NCBI GenBank assembly: GCA_039811685.1
Contig: JBDHZC010000006.1
Span: 1-64,000 of the forward strand
Source: Armatimonadota bacterium
GTDB taxonomy: Bacteria; Armatimonadota; UBA5829; DSUL01
Direction of reading: 5' to 3'
DNA length: 64,000 bases
Below are positions 38,953 to 47,794 of the stretch, piece after piece; the stretch's first letter is position 1, and each line of letters begins with the position of its first letter. Below the pieces are notes generated by a model. That model was given only the letters and a program-made list of their open reading frames with translations, ran no database searches and was not told where the DNA came from. The translations under genes and the position numbers were made by a program.

Positions 38953-39717
38953 TTACTGAGGCTTAATCGTGTAGGGATAATTCCAGGCTGTGCTCACGCC
39001 ATTCGGGTACATTTTGTCCGACGGGATGCGCACTACCGAGCCATTAAGCAGCAACACCAGGTCCAGACCCTTGCCCGGCTCCTGACTGCCGTCACGATGA
39101 TAGGAACACCAGGTGACGACGGTATCGGCTGGCGGGTTGCGAAACTTGAGCTGGCGCTGGAAAGTCAGAACCAGATCTGCCGCCGGGATATTCGGATTAA
39201 TCGCGGCGACATCCTCCGGTTTATCCGCCCAGGACAGCGTATAGCGCGGCAGTGCTGTCGCGCCAGCGCTGGCTGGCATGTAGTTCGGAATCTGCGAATC
39301 GTAGCTGTCGTAGGCGTAGAGCATGGCGCCCTGCGGCCTCTGGATAGCGATCAGTGAGGAACCGGCGAGCGGGTCTTTGAACGCCATCGTCTTGTCCGTG
39401 AAGCGTGAACGCGGACACGAAAAAATCTTGTAGTCTCCTTTTGTGTATTCGCCAAAGAGAAATCCACTGCGAATAGTGTCAAAGGATCGCCCGGACTCTA
39501 CAAACCCACCAAGCACTGGCGGATAGCGGTTGTTATCGTTATGGTAAAGCTGAAGGGACGTTTGAAGCTGACTCATGTTGGTGATACACTGAGTCTTCAA
39601 TGCGTTGGCCTTCGCCACGTTCATAACAGGGAAGATGATTGCCGCTAGTATCCCGATGATGGCGATAACTGTCAGCAGCTCGATAAGTGTAAAGCCTGAT
39701 CTGTTTGTCATTTTCAC
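38953..39717 (-). CDS. Type IV prepilin-like protein (DUF1559-related N-terminus)
   Basis: [33 protein letters not shown]-terminal TWCSYH...LVLLLNGSV; strong GGGGAGGG RBS. Confidence 0.85.
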   Translation of the reverse strand: MKMTNRSGFTLIELLTVIAIIGILAAIIFPVMNVAKANALKTQCITNMSQLQTSLQLYHNDNNRYPPVLGGFVESGRSFDTIRSGFLFGEYTKGDYKIFSCPRSRFTDKTMAFKDPLAGSSLIAIQRPQGAMLYAYDSYDSQIPNYMPASAGATALPRYTLSWADKPEDVAAINPNIPAADLVLTFQRQLKFRNPPADTVVTWCSYHRDGSQEPGKGLDLVLLLNGSVVRIPSDKMYPNGVSTAWNYPYTIKPQ

Positions 39718-39992
39718 GACTCTGATTCCCTCCCCTGAAGCCGACCTGCGCCCGGCGGGCCCTGCCGCCTATTAGACGCGCCTGACAACTTCAATGGGAC
39801 CTTCCTCTCTTTGCGCTGCGTTTCGGATCGCGAAACAGGGGTTGGCTGACTGAGGGATCGGCGCCTCCCTGGGCCTGACGCAGTCTGATCGTAGCGGACA
39901 AATACCTGCTATCAGAGTTTTCCACGTCTAACATACCTGACTGCAAAACGCTGCATCGTGTTCCCATAGACAAGCCCCGTCGCCTGCAAGCG

Positions 39993-40862
39993 CTATCTCA
40001 GGCCAGCGTATCCCAGCCACCAGTTTACCACCTGCCTGCCGAAGAAAATCATAACGATGGCGCCAACGACCAACATTGGCCCAAAAGGGATGTAGTCCAT
40101 CCGCTCACGCTTTCCGAGCACAATGAGCGGTATGCCAATCACAGTGCCGATTGCCGCCCCTATCAGGAAAGACACGATGCCCCAGGTTGCCCCAATGTTG
40201 GCCCCGATTGCCGCAGCGAGCTTGACGTCACCCCCGCCCATCGCCTCTTTCTTGAAGCCGATTTCCCCCAGAATTCCCACCAGGAGAACTGCCCCGCCAT
40301 AAACAACAAAGCCGAGAAGCGCATGGGGAACGGGTAGCTCCCAGCCTCCTGTAAACGGAACAGTCAGGTAGAGTAGATCGTTCCACGGGTAGCTCTTCCA
40401 CCCCAGGGCAAGGCCAATTCCTTCCGCCAGAAAGCCGACAGCCGCCATAAAAATCCAGAGTTGATCTGGAATGATATAGTGTTCGAGATCAATAGCAAAG
40501 ACGGCGATAAGCGCGGAGATTACGGCAGCGTACTGGAAAAACTCCAGACTCCACCCAAACCGGTACCACACCGCGATCCAGAGCAGACCCGTAAATAACT
40601 CTATCCAGAAGTAGCGTGAAGAGATGCGAGCGCCACAGTTGCGACAGCGCCCGCGGTAGATCAGCCACGAAATCAGCGGGATGTTGTCCCACGCTCGCAG
40701 CGTATAGCCACAGACCGTGCAGTGTGAGGGCGGACGGACAACAGATTCATCCCGTGGCAGACGCCAGATGAGGACGTTCAGAAAGCTTCCGACAATAGAG
40801 CCATAGACAAAGACTATGGCCACCGATAACCAATCTGGCAAATACACCTCCCCACCAGACAC
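39993..40862 (-). CDS. pilD: Prepilin peptidase/N-methyltransferase (A24)
   Basis: GSFLNVLIWRLP, SHCTVC...RCRNC, IDLEH, MGGGDVKL, IPFGP. Confidence 0.96.
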   Translation of the reverse strand: MSGGEVYLPDWLSVAIVFVYGSIVGSFLNVLIWRLPRDESVVRPPSHCTVCGYTLRAWDNIPLISWLIYRGRCRNCGARISSRYFWIELFTGLLWIAVWYRFGWSLEFFQYAAVISALIAVFAIDLEHYIIPDQLWIFMAAVGFLAEGIGLALGWKSYPWNDLLYLTVPFTGGWELPVPHALLGFVVYGGAVLLVGILGEIGFKKEAMGGGDVKLAAAIGANIGATWGIVSFLIGAAIGTVIGIPLIVLGKRERMDYIPFGPMLVVGAIVMIFFGRQVVNWWLGYAGLR

Positions 40863-40942
40863 TGCGCAGCGCGACTCAATCCCGCAGTGAGCTTTTGGCG
40901 AAGCCTGCCGCGACTCCTGCCCGGCAAACTCACCTCCGCAGG

Positions 40943-40976
40943 AAAACCAGGCCCGAAAGCAAAGCTTCCGGGCCTG
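40943..40976 (-). terminator. Terminator-like hairpin between pilC and pilD
   Basis: Minus strand CAGGCCCGGAAGC-TTT-GCTTTCGGGCCTG followed by GTTTT. Confidence 0.55.
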
Positions 40977-41061
40977 AACAAAGACCAGAGGGCTACCCGA
41001 CTTGCGCCTGGCGCTTTATCTGGTTACGCCAGCGCCGCGCGCCTGACCCTGGACAGACTAT

Positions 41062-42294
41062 TTACTCGCCGCCACCACCGGAATCTCCACCGGACAGAGA
41101 GTTGACCACAGAGACCAGCGGCAGGAAGATTGAAATGACGATAAAGCCGACGGCAAAACCTAGAAATACGATCAGGACAGGCTCAATCGCGGCTGTCAGG
41201 CTGTCCAGCGCGGCGTCAACCTCCGCCTCGTAGAAGTCCGCAACCTTCGCAAGCATTGGGTCAAGCGACCCAGACTCTTCACCAATAGTGATCATCTGCA
41301 CGACCATCGGAGGAAAGAGCTTGCTCTTCTGGAGAGGCTCGCCGATGCGGTCCCCTTCGCGGATTCTCGCGCGCGCGTTGAGAATCGCCTCTGAAATGAT
41401 GTCGTTTGCCACCGTTCCGGCGACTGTTTCAAGAGCCGACAGAATGGGCACACCGCTGGCCAGCAGAGTGCCAAGAGTCCGCGAGAAGCGCGCCAGAGCA
41501 ATCTTGTGATTGAGCTTGCCGAATACCGGCGCTTTCAGCTTGAAACGGTCGTAACTGCGCCTGCCAACATCCGTCTTGACAAATGCACGAAACGCAATAA
41601 CAAAGATGACAGTGCCCGCGATCATGATGTACCACTTGCTGGTGAGGAAGTGGCTGAATCCCATCAGCAGCATTGTGGGAAGCGGGAAGTCCTTCACTCC
41701 CAGATCCTTGAACAGATCCATGAACTTTGGCAGAATGAAGGTCACCAGTCCGATCACGATGGACACCGCCACAATCATGACGATGACCGGATAGGTCATA
41801 GCCGACTTGACCTTACGCCGCAATTCCTGGTCTTTTTCAAGGAACGACGACAGTCTCTGAAGAGACTCTTCGAGGACGCCACCGATCTCCCCCGCGTGCA
41901 CCAGACCGATAAACAGATTGTTGAAGGTGTTCGGGAAGCGGCCAAGCGCGCGCGACAGGCTCTGCCCCGCCTCAACCTCCGCCTGTATCTCCCCGATCAT
42001 CTTCTTAAAGCGTGGGTTGACTGTCTGTTCCTGCAGAACTGCCAGACATCGCACAAGCGAGACGCCAGCGTCAATCATGGTTGAAAACTGCCGGCAAAAC
42101 ATTGACAACTCGTTGAGCTTGACCCTGGCAGAGCGGCTGGCGCTCTTCTTTGCGGACTTGGTCTGCTTGATCTCCAGGACCTGGAACCCCTGCTCGCCAA
42201 GGCGCTTTCTGAGGATTGCCTCACCTTCGGCTTCCGAGGTCCCTTTTCGAGTTACACCCTCTTCGTCTCTAACAGTGTAGGCGTAGGCAGGCAC
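41062..42294 (-). CDS. pilC: Type IV pilus platform protein (PilC/GspF)
   Basis: FCRQFSTMIDAGV, AGEIGGVL, KSAMTYP, GEESGSL, IEPVLI. Confidence 0.95.
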   Translation of the reverse strand: MPAYAYTVRDEEGVTRKGTSEAEGEAILRKRLGEQGFQVLEIKQTKSAKKSASRSARVKLNELSMFCRQFSTMIDAGVSLVRCLAVLQEQTVNPRFKKMIGEIQAEVEAGQSLSRALGRFPNTFNNLFIGLVHAGEIGGVLEESLQRLSSFLEKDQELRRKVKSAMTYPVIVMIVAVSIVIGLVTFILPKFMDLFKDLGVKDFPLPTMLLMGFSHFLTSKWYIMIAGTVIFVIAFRAFVKTDVGRRSYDRFKLKAPVFGKLNHKIALARFSRTLGTLLASGVPILSALETVAGTVANDIISEAILNARARIREGDRIGEPLQKSKLFPPMVVQMITIGEESGSLDPMLAKVADFYEAEVDAALDSLTAAIEPVLIVFLGFAVGFIVISIFLPLVSVVNSLSGGDSGGGGE

Positions 42295-42297
42295 GGT

Positions 42298-43482
42298 TTA
42301 TCCTCCTCCGTACGACGGGCCCCCATGCGGGGCGCCCTGAGGAGTTTCGATCATCTTTTTGAGTTCCTCAGGCGCCATCGCCCGGGTAATTGCATCGTCG
42401 TACGTAATGACCCCCTGCTGATACAGGTCTCTCAGGTGTTGATCCATCGTCTGCATTCCGAACTTTGCGCCGGTCTGAATGGCGGAGGGAATCTGGTGAG
42501 ACTTGGCCTCGCGAACAAGGTTTCTGATAGCGGGGGTGGCTATCATAATCTCCTGCGCGCAAACACGCCCGGGCATTCCGGCCCTGGGCAGAAGCTGCTG
42601 GCAGATGACGGCCTCCAGGTTGTTGGATAGCTGGAAGCGAATCTGCTCCTGCTGTCCGGGTGGAAACACGTCCACCATGCGGTCTACCGTCTGTGCGGCG
42701 CTGTTGGTGTGCAAAGTGGCAAAGACAAGGTGGCCAGTTTCCGCACAGGTGATGGCAATCTGGATGGTTTCAAGGTCGCGCATCTCACCCACCAGGATGA
42801 CGTCCGGGTCTTCGCGCAAAGACGCTCGCAGAGCGTTCTTGAACTCCCGGGTATCCATCCCAACTTCGCGCTGATTGATAATGCTGTATTTGTGCGTGTG
42901 CAGATACTCGATCGGGTCTTCGATGGTGATAATGTGCAGGCTGCTCTCGGTGTTGATGTGGCCGATCATAGCCGCCAGAGTCGTTGACTTTCCCGAGCCC
43001 GTAGGACCTGTAACCAGAACCAGGCCTCTCGGTTTACGCGTCAGCGTCTCCAGAACTTTTGGAAGTTGGAGGTCTTTGAGAGTGGGAATTTTGACGGGAA
43101 TTGTCCGGAAAGCCGCCGCCACCGCGCCCTTGTCCCGGAAGACGTTCAGCCGGAATCTGGAGAGGTCTTTGACCGAGTACGAGCAGTCCAGTTCCAGGTC
43201 TTCCTCAAAGCGGCGGATCTGCTCGTCGGTGAGAATGTCGTAGATAATTCTTTGCGATTCGGCAGCGGAGAGCTTGGTGAAGGCCAACGGCTTGAGCTGC
43301 CCGTCAATGCGCACAATTGGAGGGACACCTACGCAAAGGTGAAGGTCACTTGACCCAGCCTTGACCATCGCGCGCAGCAATTCATCTACATGGGTTTCCG
43401 CAATATCCTGAGAGTTTGGCAGACCGCTTCCACTGACGGCCTGCAGCATCTCCTCGCTGACTCCTCCGACTCCACCAGACAA
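42298..43482 (-). CDS. pilT: Pilus retraction ATPase
   Basis: GPTGSGKST, TIEDPIEY, LREDPDVILVGEMRD, TLHTN, AIRNLVRE, GMQTMD. Confidence 0.96.
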   Translation of the reverse strand: MSGGVGGVSEEMLQAVSGSGLPNSQDIAETHVDELLRAMVKAGSSDLHLCVGVPPIVRIDGQLKPLAFTKLSAAESQRIIYDILTDEQIRRFEEDLELDCSYSVKDLSRFRLNVFRDKGAVAAAFRTIPVKIPTLKDLQLPKVLETLTRKPRGLVLVTGPTGSGKSTTLAAMIGHINTESSLHIITIEDPIEYLHTHKYSIINQREVGMDTREFKNALRASLREDPDVILVGEMRDLETIQIAITCAETGHLVFATLHTNSAAQTVDRMVDVFPPGQQEQIRFQLSNNLEAVICQQLLPRAGMPGRVCAQEIMIATPAIRNLVREAKSHQIPSAIQTGAKFGMQTMDQHLRDLYQQGVITYDDAITRAMAPEELKKMIETPQGAPHGGPSYGGG

Positions 43483-43572
43483 ATTCGACGCTCCTTTTTT
43501 CTAAATCTGCCCTCTTGCGACCCTGTAGTCTGCTATGCCGCTCAACAGCCGCAAGGACATCCACTAACCCGC

Positions 43573-45411
43573 TCAGGCGCCGGCGGTAAAGACGACCCTC
43601 ATCACTTCTTCCGGCGTTGTAATTCCTTCCAGAACCTTGTAGAGACCGTCTTCTTTGAGCTCAAGCATTCCGTTTGCGCGCCCCGCATCGCGAACATCGC
43701 CCAGTGGCGCCCGCCGCACGATGAGCTCCTGAATCTCCTCGTTGATCTCCATCAGGGAATAGATGCCCAGTCGTCCTCTGAGTCCGCTTTGCCGGCAGTT
43801 CTCACAGCCCGCGCCACGCCACAGAGTGATAGTCTTGCGCCCCATCAGCTCTTCCGCCTTCTCAGGCCCAAGCACACGCTCCATCTCAGCCTTGTTCTCT
43901 GGCCGATATCCGAAGCGGTACAGATCCGAGACCTCTGCCTCATAAGGCTCGCGGCACTTCGGACAGATTTTTCGCGCCAATCTCTGGGCCAGGCAGGCGA
44001 TGAGTGTTGCGGAGATGAGGTAAGGCTCCACTCCCATATCCACAAGTCGGGTCACAGCAGAGGGCGCGTCGTTGGTGTGCAGAGTTGAGAGGACGAGGTG
44101 TCCGGTCAGAGAGGCCTCGACACCGATCTCCGCGGTCTCCAGGTCGCGCATCTCACCAACCATGATGATGTCCGGGTCCTGGCGCAGGAAAGAGCGAAGC
44201 GCGGAAGCGAAGGTTAGGCCCGCCTTCGTATGCACCTGCACCTGCGAGATTCCAGTAAGCTGATACTCAACAGGGTCTTCAATCGTGATGATATTCTTGT
44301 CGATCGAGTTGACTTTGTTGAGGATAGAGTAAAGCGTAGTGGTTTTTCCGGAACCTGTTGGCCCCGTTGTCAAAAACATTCCGTTTGGCTGGGAAACCAG
44401 CTCTTCGATGCGCGCCTGAACGCCCGGAAGAAAGCCCAGCTTGGCCAGTCCGATGAGAACGTTGGACTTGTCGAGAATTCGCATAACGATCTTCTCGCCA
44501 AAGATCGTGGGAAGGCAGCTCACGCGCAGATCGTAGTCTTTGTTCTCGGATCGGATCGGGATGGCGCCGTCCTGGGGAATGCGCCGCTCCGCGATGTTCA
44601 TGTTCGCCATGATCTTCAGGCGCGAAATGAGTGGAGCCTGAATATACTTGGGAACGGTCATCGTTTCGTGCAAAACGCCGTCCACCCGGTAGCGCACGCG
44701 AACACCGCGCCGGTCCGGTTCTACGTGGATGTCGGATGCGCCGTCCCTGATTGCCTGCAGGATCATCGAGTTCGCGATCTTGATGATCGGGGCTTCTTCA
44801 GCCTGCTTTGCGACGGCGTCCGTATCATCTTCCGCTGTCGCTACGTCCTGCTGCACGCCGTATTGAGCGATAAGGGACTTCATGTCCGAGCTACCGCTCA
44901 GGGTCGTCGCGCCGGGATTCTGGGCTGCCACGGGAAGGGTGTCCGTCCCGCCGGGGGCGCTGGCGCCGTCAGCGCCGCCACCGTACGCGCGTACGATGCC
45001 AGCCGCGACGTCGTCTGCGGTAGCGATGCTGGCTCGAATCTGCAGACCCCGGGCAGCCAGACGCACTTCGTCCAGAGCCATGATGTCGTCGGGGTCAGTC
45101 ATGGCAATCATCAACTGATTGCCCATCTTCGCAAACGGGACGATATTGTGCTTGCGGGCCACCCTTTCGGGCAGAACGTTCGCGGCGCTGGGGTCGATCT
45201 TGACTTTTGTCAGATCTACAAACTGCATCCCACGCTCCTCGGCGCGGGCTTCGGCTATCTGAGACTCACTGGCTATCTCCAGATCCAGCAGAATGCGCCC
45301 CAGATCACCGCGCGTAGCGCGCTGGGCTTCTCGAGCTTCTGACAACTGCTGCTGGGTGATTGCTCCTTTGCTCAGGAGAATCTCGCCAACGTCTTTCCGA
45401 GTCATTACCAT
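43573..45411 (-). CDS. pilB: Pilus extension ATPase (PilB/GspE) with MshEN-like N-terminus
   Basis: ASDIHVEP, ERRIPQDG, GPTGSGKTT, LRQDPD, Zn motifs CPKC/CENC. Confidence 0.95.
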   Translation of the reverse strand: MVMTRKDVGEILLSKGAITQQQLSEAREAQRATRGDLGRILLDLEIASESQIAEARAEERGMQFVDLTKVKIDPSAANVLPERVARKHNIVPFAKMGNQLMIAMTDPDDIMALDEVRLAARGLQIRASIATADDVAAGIVRAYGGGADGASAPGGTDTLPVAAQNPGATTLSGSSDMKSLIAQYGVQQDVATAEDDTDAVAKQAEEAPIIKIANSMILQAIRDGASDIHVEPDRRGVRVRYRVDGVLHETMTVPKYIQAPLISRLKIMANMNIAERRIPQDGAIPIRSENKDYDLRVSCLPTIFGEKIVMRILDKSNVLIGLAKLGFLPGVQARIEELVSQPNGMFLTTGPTGSGKTTTLYSILNKVNSIDKNIITIEDPVEYQLTGISQVQVHTKAGLTFASALRSFLRQDPDIIMVGEMRDLETAEIGVEASLTGHLVLSTLHTNDAPSAVTRLVDMGVEPYLISATLIACLAQRLARKICPKCREPYEAEVSDLYRFGYRPENKAEMERVLGPEKAEELMGRKTITLWRGAGCENCRQSGLRGRLGIYSLMEINEEIQELIVRRAPLGDVRDAGRANGMLELKEDGLYKVLEGITTPEEVMRVVFTAGA

Positions 45412-45508
45412 GGATGGTAGATTACCTCAATGTAAGCTGTAATTGGTAGGGGAGGGCTCAGGGAAGTCTCCCGCGGGGGAGTCGGGACTCACGGAACTTC
45501 CTCCCCGG

Positions 45509-45517
45509 ATTATACCA
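45509..45517 (-). promoter_or_regulatory. Extended -10 promoter element for pilB
   Basis: TGgTATAAT on the minus strand about 100 nt upstream of the pilB ATG. Confidence 0.55.
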
Positions 45518-45535
45518 TGCGCGCGGCGGCTGTCT

Positions 45536-46399
45536 CTAAAGCGTACCCTGCACCGCATTTTTCATAACGTCGAGTGGCGGCGCGATTCCCGTCCACAACT
45601 CAAACGATAGCGCCCCCTGATGCACCAGCATGTCAACACCGTTGAGCACCCGCGCGCCCTTCTCGCGCGCTTCGACCAGCAGCCGTGTCTGCGAAGGGTT
45701 GTAGATAAGGTCATAGACCACGTGATGACCGTCAATACAATCCGGCGGAAGGGGGCTTGAATCGGCCTTCGACCCCATCCCAACCGAAGTGCAGTTTACT
45801 ATCAAATCTGAATGCCTGACCGCATCTCTCAGATCATCCGGCTCCGTAGAGATTGCTGAGGGATGAGAACCCTGAACAATTCTGGCAATTTCCACGGCGA
45901 TCTTCTGCCCTTTCTCAAGCGTCCGGTTCGCTATGGTTATCTTTACTCCATGATCAGCCAGAGCGAAGCAGACCGCTCGCGCAGAGCCTCCAGCCCCAAG
46001 GACAAGCGCCCGGCGCGGAAGCCCCCCCTGAAACTCCTGGAGCGAACGCAGAAAGCCTTCCCCGTCCGTCGAATGACCCGCGAGCATATCGTTGTCCCAC
46101 CAGAGCGTATTGACAGCGCCTATACGCTGCGCTTCCGGGGACAGTCTGTCCACAAGCGCAACAGCCATCTCTTTTAGCGGGATGGTGAGGTTGACGCCTC
46201 CCATACCGAGCGCCCGCATGCCGGCGATCGCTTCCGGAAGCCGGCCTGGCTCAACTCTGAACGGGACGTAAACCGCGTCCAGCCCGAGTGCCCGGATGGC
46301 CGCGTTGTGCATGACCGGTGACCTGCTGTGATCGATGGGACAGCCAAAGACGGCCAGCACGACAGCTCTGCCGCTGATTTCACCCGGTGACCTATCCAT
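45536..46399 (-). CDS. aroE: Shikimate dehydrogenase
   Basis: HSRSPVMHN, NLTIPLK, GAVNT, LGAGGSARA, DLIYNP, MLVHQG. Confidence 0.95.
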   Translation of the reverse strand: MDRSPGEISGRAVVLAVFGCPIDHSRSPVMHNAAIRALGLDAVYVPFRVEPGRLPEAIAGMRALGMGGVNLTIPLKEMAVALVDRLSPEAQRIGAVNTLWWDNDMLAGHSTDGEGFLRSLQEFQGGLPRRALVLGAGGSARAVCFALADHGVKITIANRTLEKGQKIAVEIARIVQGSHPSAISTEPDDLRDAVRHSDLIVNCTSVGMGSKADSSPLPPDCIDGHHVVYDLIYNPSQTRLLVEAREKGARVLNGVDMLVHQGALSFELWTGIAPPLDVMKNAVQGTL

Positions 46400-46556
46400 A
46401 GTGACGCTCCCCTCCTAACCTTTGTTCCGTATTAGGGGCGCTACAGTCAAAGACCTGCCTGTCAGTTTGGAGCTCACATCACCGTCTTTGTTCTGGTCGG
46501 CTTACGTGCGGGAGCGCTCTGGTTTCCTGCATAATAGGACGAAAGCAAACGCGACA

Positions 46557-47114
46557 ATGGGATTCGAAGCGACAAAACCAAGCAAAGACCGTTATTACAC
46601 CAATATCGCCGATTCTGTCGCGCAGCGCTGCACATGCCTGCGGCGCTGCTACGGCGCGGTGATCGTAAAAAGCGACCGGATTGTCTCGACAGGATTCAAC
46701 GGGGCTCCGCGCGGTGTGCAGGACTCCCTTGAGGCCGGCTGGTGCAGGCGCATCAGAATGGGCAACGGCGTTGACGGTCAGCGCAGCAACTACATGGCGT
46801 GCCGCGCCGTCCATGCGGAGATGAACGCGATTATCTCGGCGAGCACCGAAGAGATGGCTGGCGCAACGCTGTATGTCGCAGGGCGCAACAAGGAGCCGTT
46901 GATCGGCTTCGACAACCAGGGCTATCCTTTGAAAGAGTTGACTACAGCGTGGGAGGATCTGCCCTATGCGAAAGGCTCCCCCTGCCAACTGTGCGCCAGA
47001 ATGATTCTGAATGCGGGGATAGAGCGCGTGGTCTTCCGCGAGGTGGACGGATCGCTTTCGAGCGTCGATCCCAAAGAGTGGACTGTCAACACAGATATCC
47101 TTTTCTATGGCTAG
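46557..47114 (+). CDS. dCMP deaminase family protein (ComEB-like)
   Basis: TCLRRCYGAVIV, GFNGAPRG, HAEMNAI, PCQLC. Confidence 0.9.
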   Translation: MGFEATKPSKDRYYTNIADSVAQRCTCLRRCYGAVIVKSDRIVSTGFNGAPRGVQDSLEAGWCRRIRMGNGVDGQRSNYMACRAVHAEMNAIISASTEEMAGATLYVAGRNKEPLIGFDNQGYPLKELTTAWEDLPYAKGSPCQLCARMILNAGIERVVFREVDGSLSSVDPKEWTVNTDILFYG

Positions 47115-47156
47115 GTTTGCTGGCGTCTGGCGCTATGCTTTTGATGGATTGAAAAA

Positions 47157-47426
47157 ATGACTGATTTTACACAGCCTCACACATTTGACTCTCGCGCGCA
47201 GGGCTTCAAGGAGCTGCAGCAGTCCAACTTCAAGCTGTGGCAGTGGCTGGACAATGTGACTACAGTCTGGTGGGGACCAGGGCGTCAGCGCGTTGTCTCT
47301 CAAGAGAAGAAGGATGGCACGTTTCTTACTCAGGCGCTCCCGCCGCTGGACTGGCGCGACACAAGCAGCCATGTGGGTACAGTCGCGTCTCCAGGATCGG
47401 GCGATTCACTCATTGAGAAATCCTAA
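47157..47426 (+). CDS. Hypothetical protein (89 aa)
   Basis: ATG ORF directly after the deaminase gene, protein-like and Trp-rich; no recognised motif. Confidence 0.5.
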   Translation: MTDFTQPHTFDSRAQGFKELQQSNFKLWQWLDNVTTVWWGPGRQRVVSQEKKDGTFLTQALPPLDWRDTSSHVGTVASPGSGDSLIEKS

Positions 47427-47729
47427 GACGCACCAGACGCCGTAACCAGGTCCCGGGCAGCGCTCCTCCAGCGACTGCCGCACCGTAGCAGTCTGAGCTT
47501 AGGTCCGGCCTGCCGCTCGCTCTCCACACTGTATCCATACAAAGCCATGTGAAGAGCGAGTGTCCACTCAACTCTTTACACCTCAATGCCACTCTGTCTC
47601 TGATGTTTTTGACGGCTTTACCATGCGCTCGGCTACGTATTTTGCGCTTGAGCCACTCCTTCAAACTAACACCATCCGCGTTTGATCTACGATAGGCGAC
47701 AAGTGTTTTACAGGTCGTGGCAGGTGTTA

Positions 47730-47757
47730 TTGACAGCATGAGCAGTTCAGATATACT
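47730..47757 (+). promoter_or_regulatory. Sigma70-type promoter
   Basis: TTGACA-N16-TATACT; AGGAGG at 47777-47782 before ATG 47795. Confidence 0.65.
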
Positions 47758-47794
47758 GCGAGTGAAAATATAGTACAGGAGGTATTCTTTCGTT

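Noticed and set aside
40922..41000. Resemblance to a c-di-GMP-I riboswitch (GGCAAAC...GAAA GCAAAGC..GGGCCTGA..GCTACC)
   Set aside because: Antisense to pilD, the P2 stem does not form and the 3' GGYAGC element is missing; better explained as a minus-strand terminator hairpin. An Infernal scan would settle it.
14309..45411. Pure T2SS or a mobile genomic island
   Set aside because: PilT and PilM/N argue for a T4P-type machine; no integrase, att sites, tRNA or composition shift was seen.
46557..47114. Anti-phage dCTP deaminase
   Set aside because: Single small domain without the N-terminal kinase-like domain; no defence-island context.
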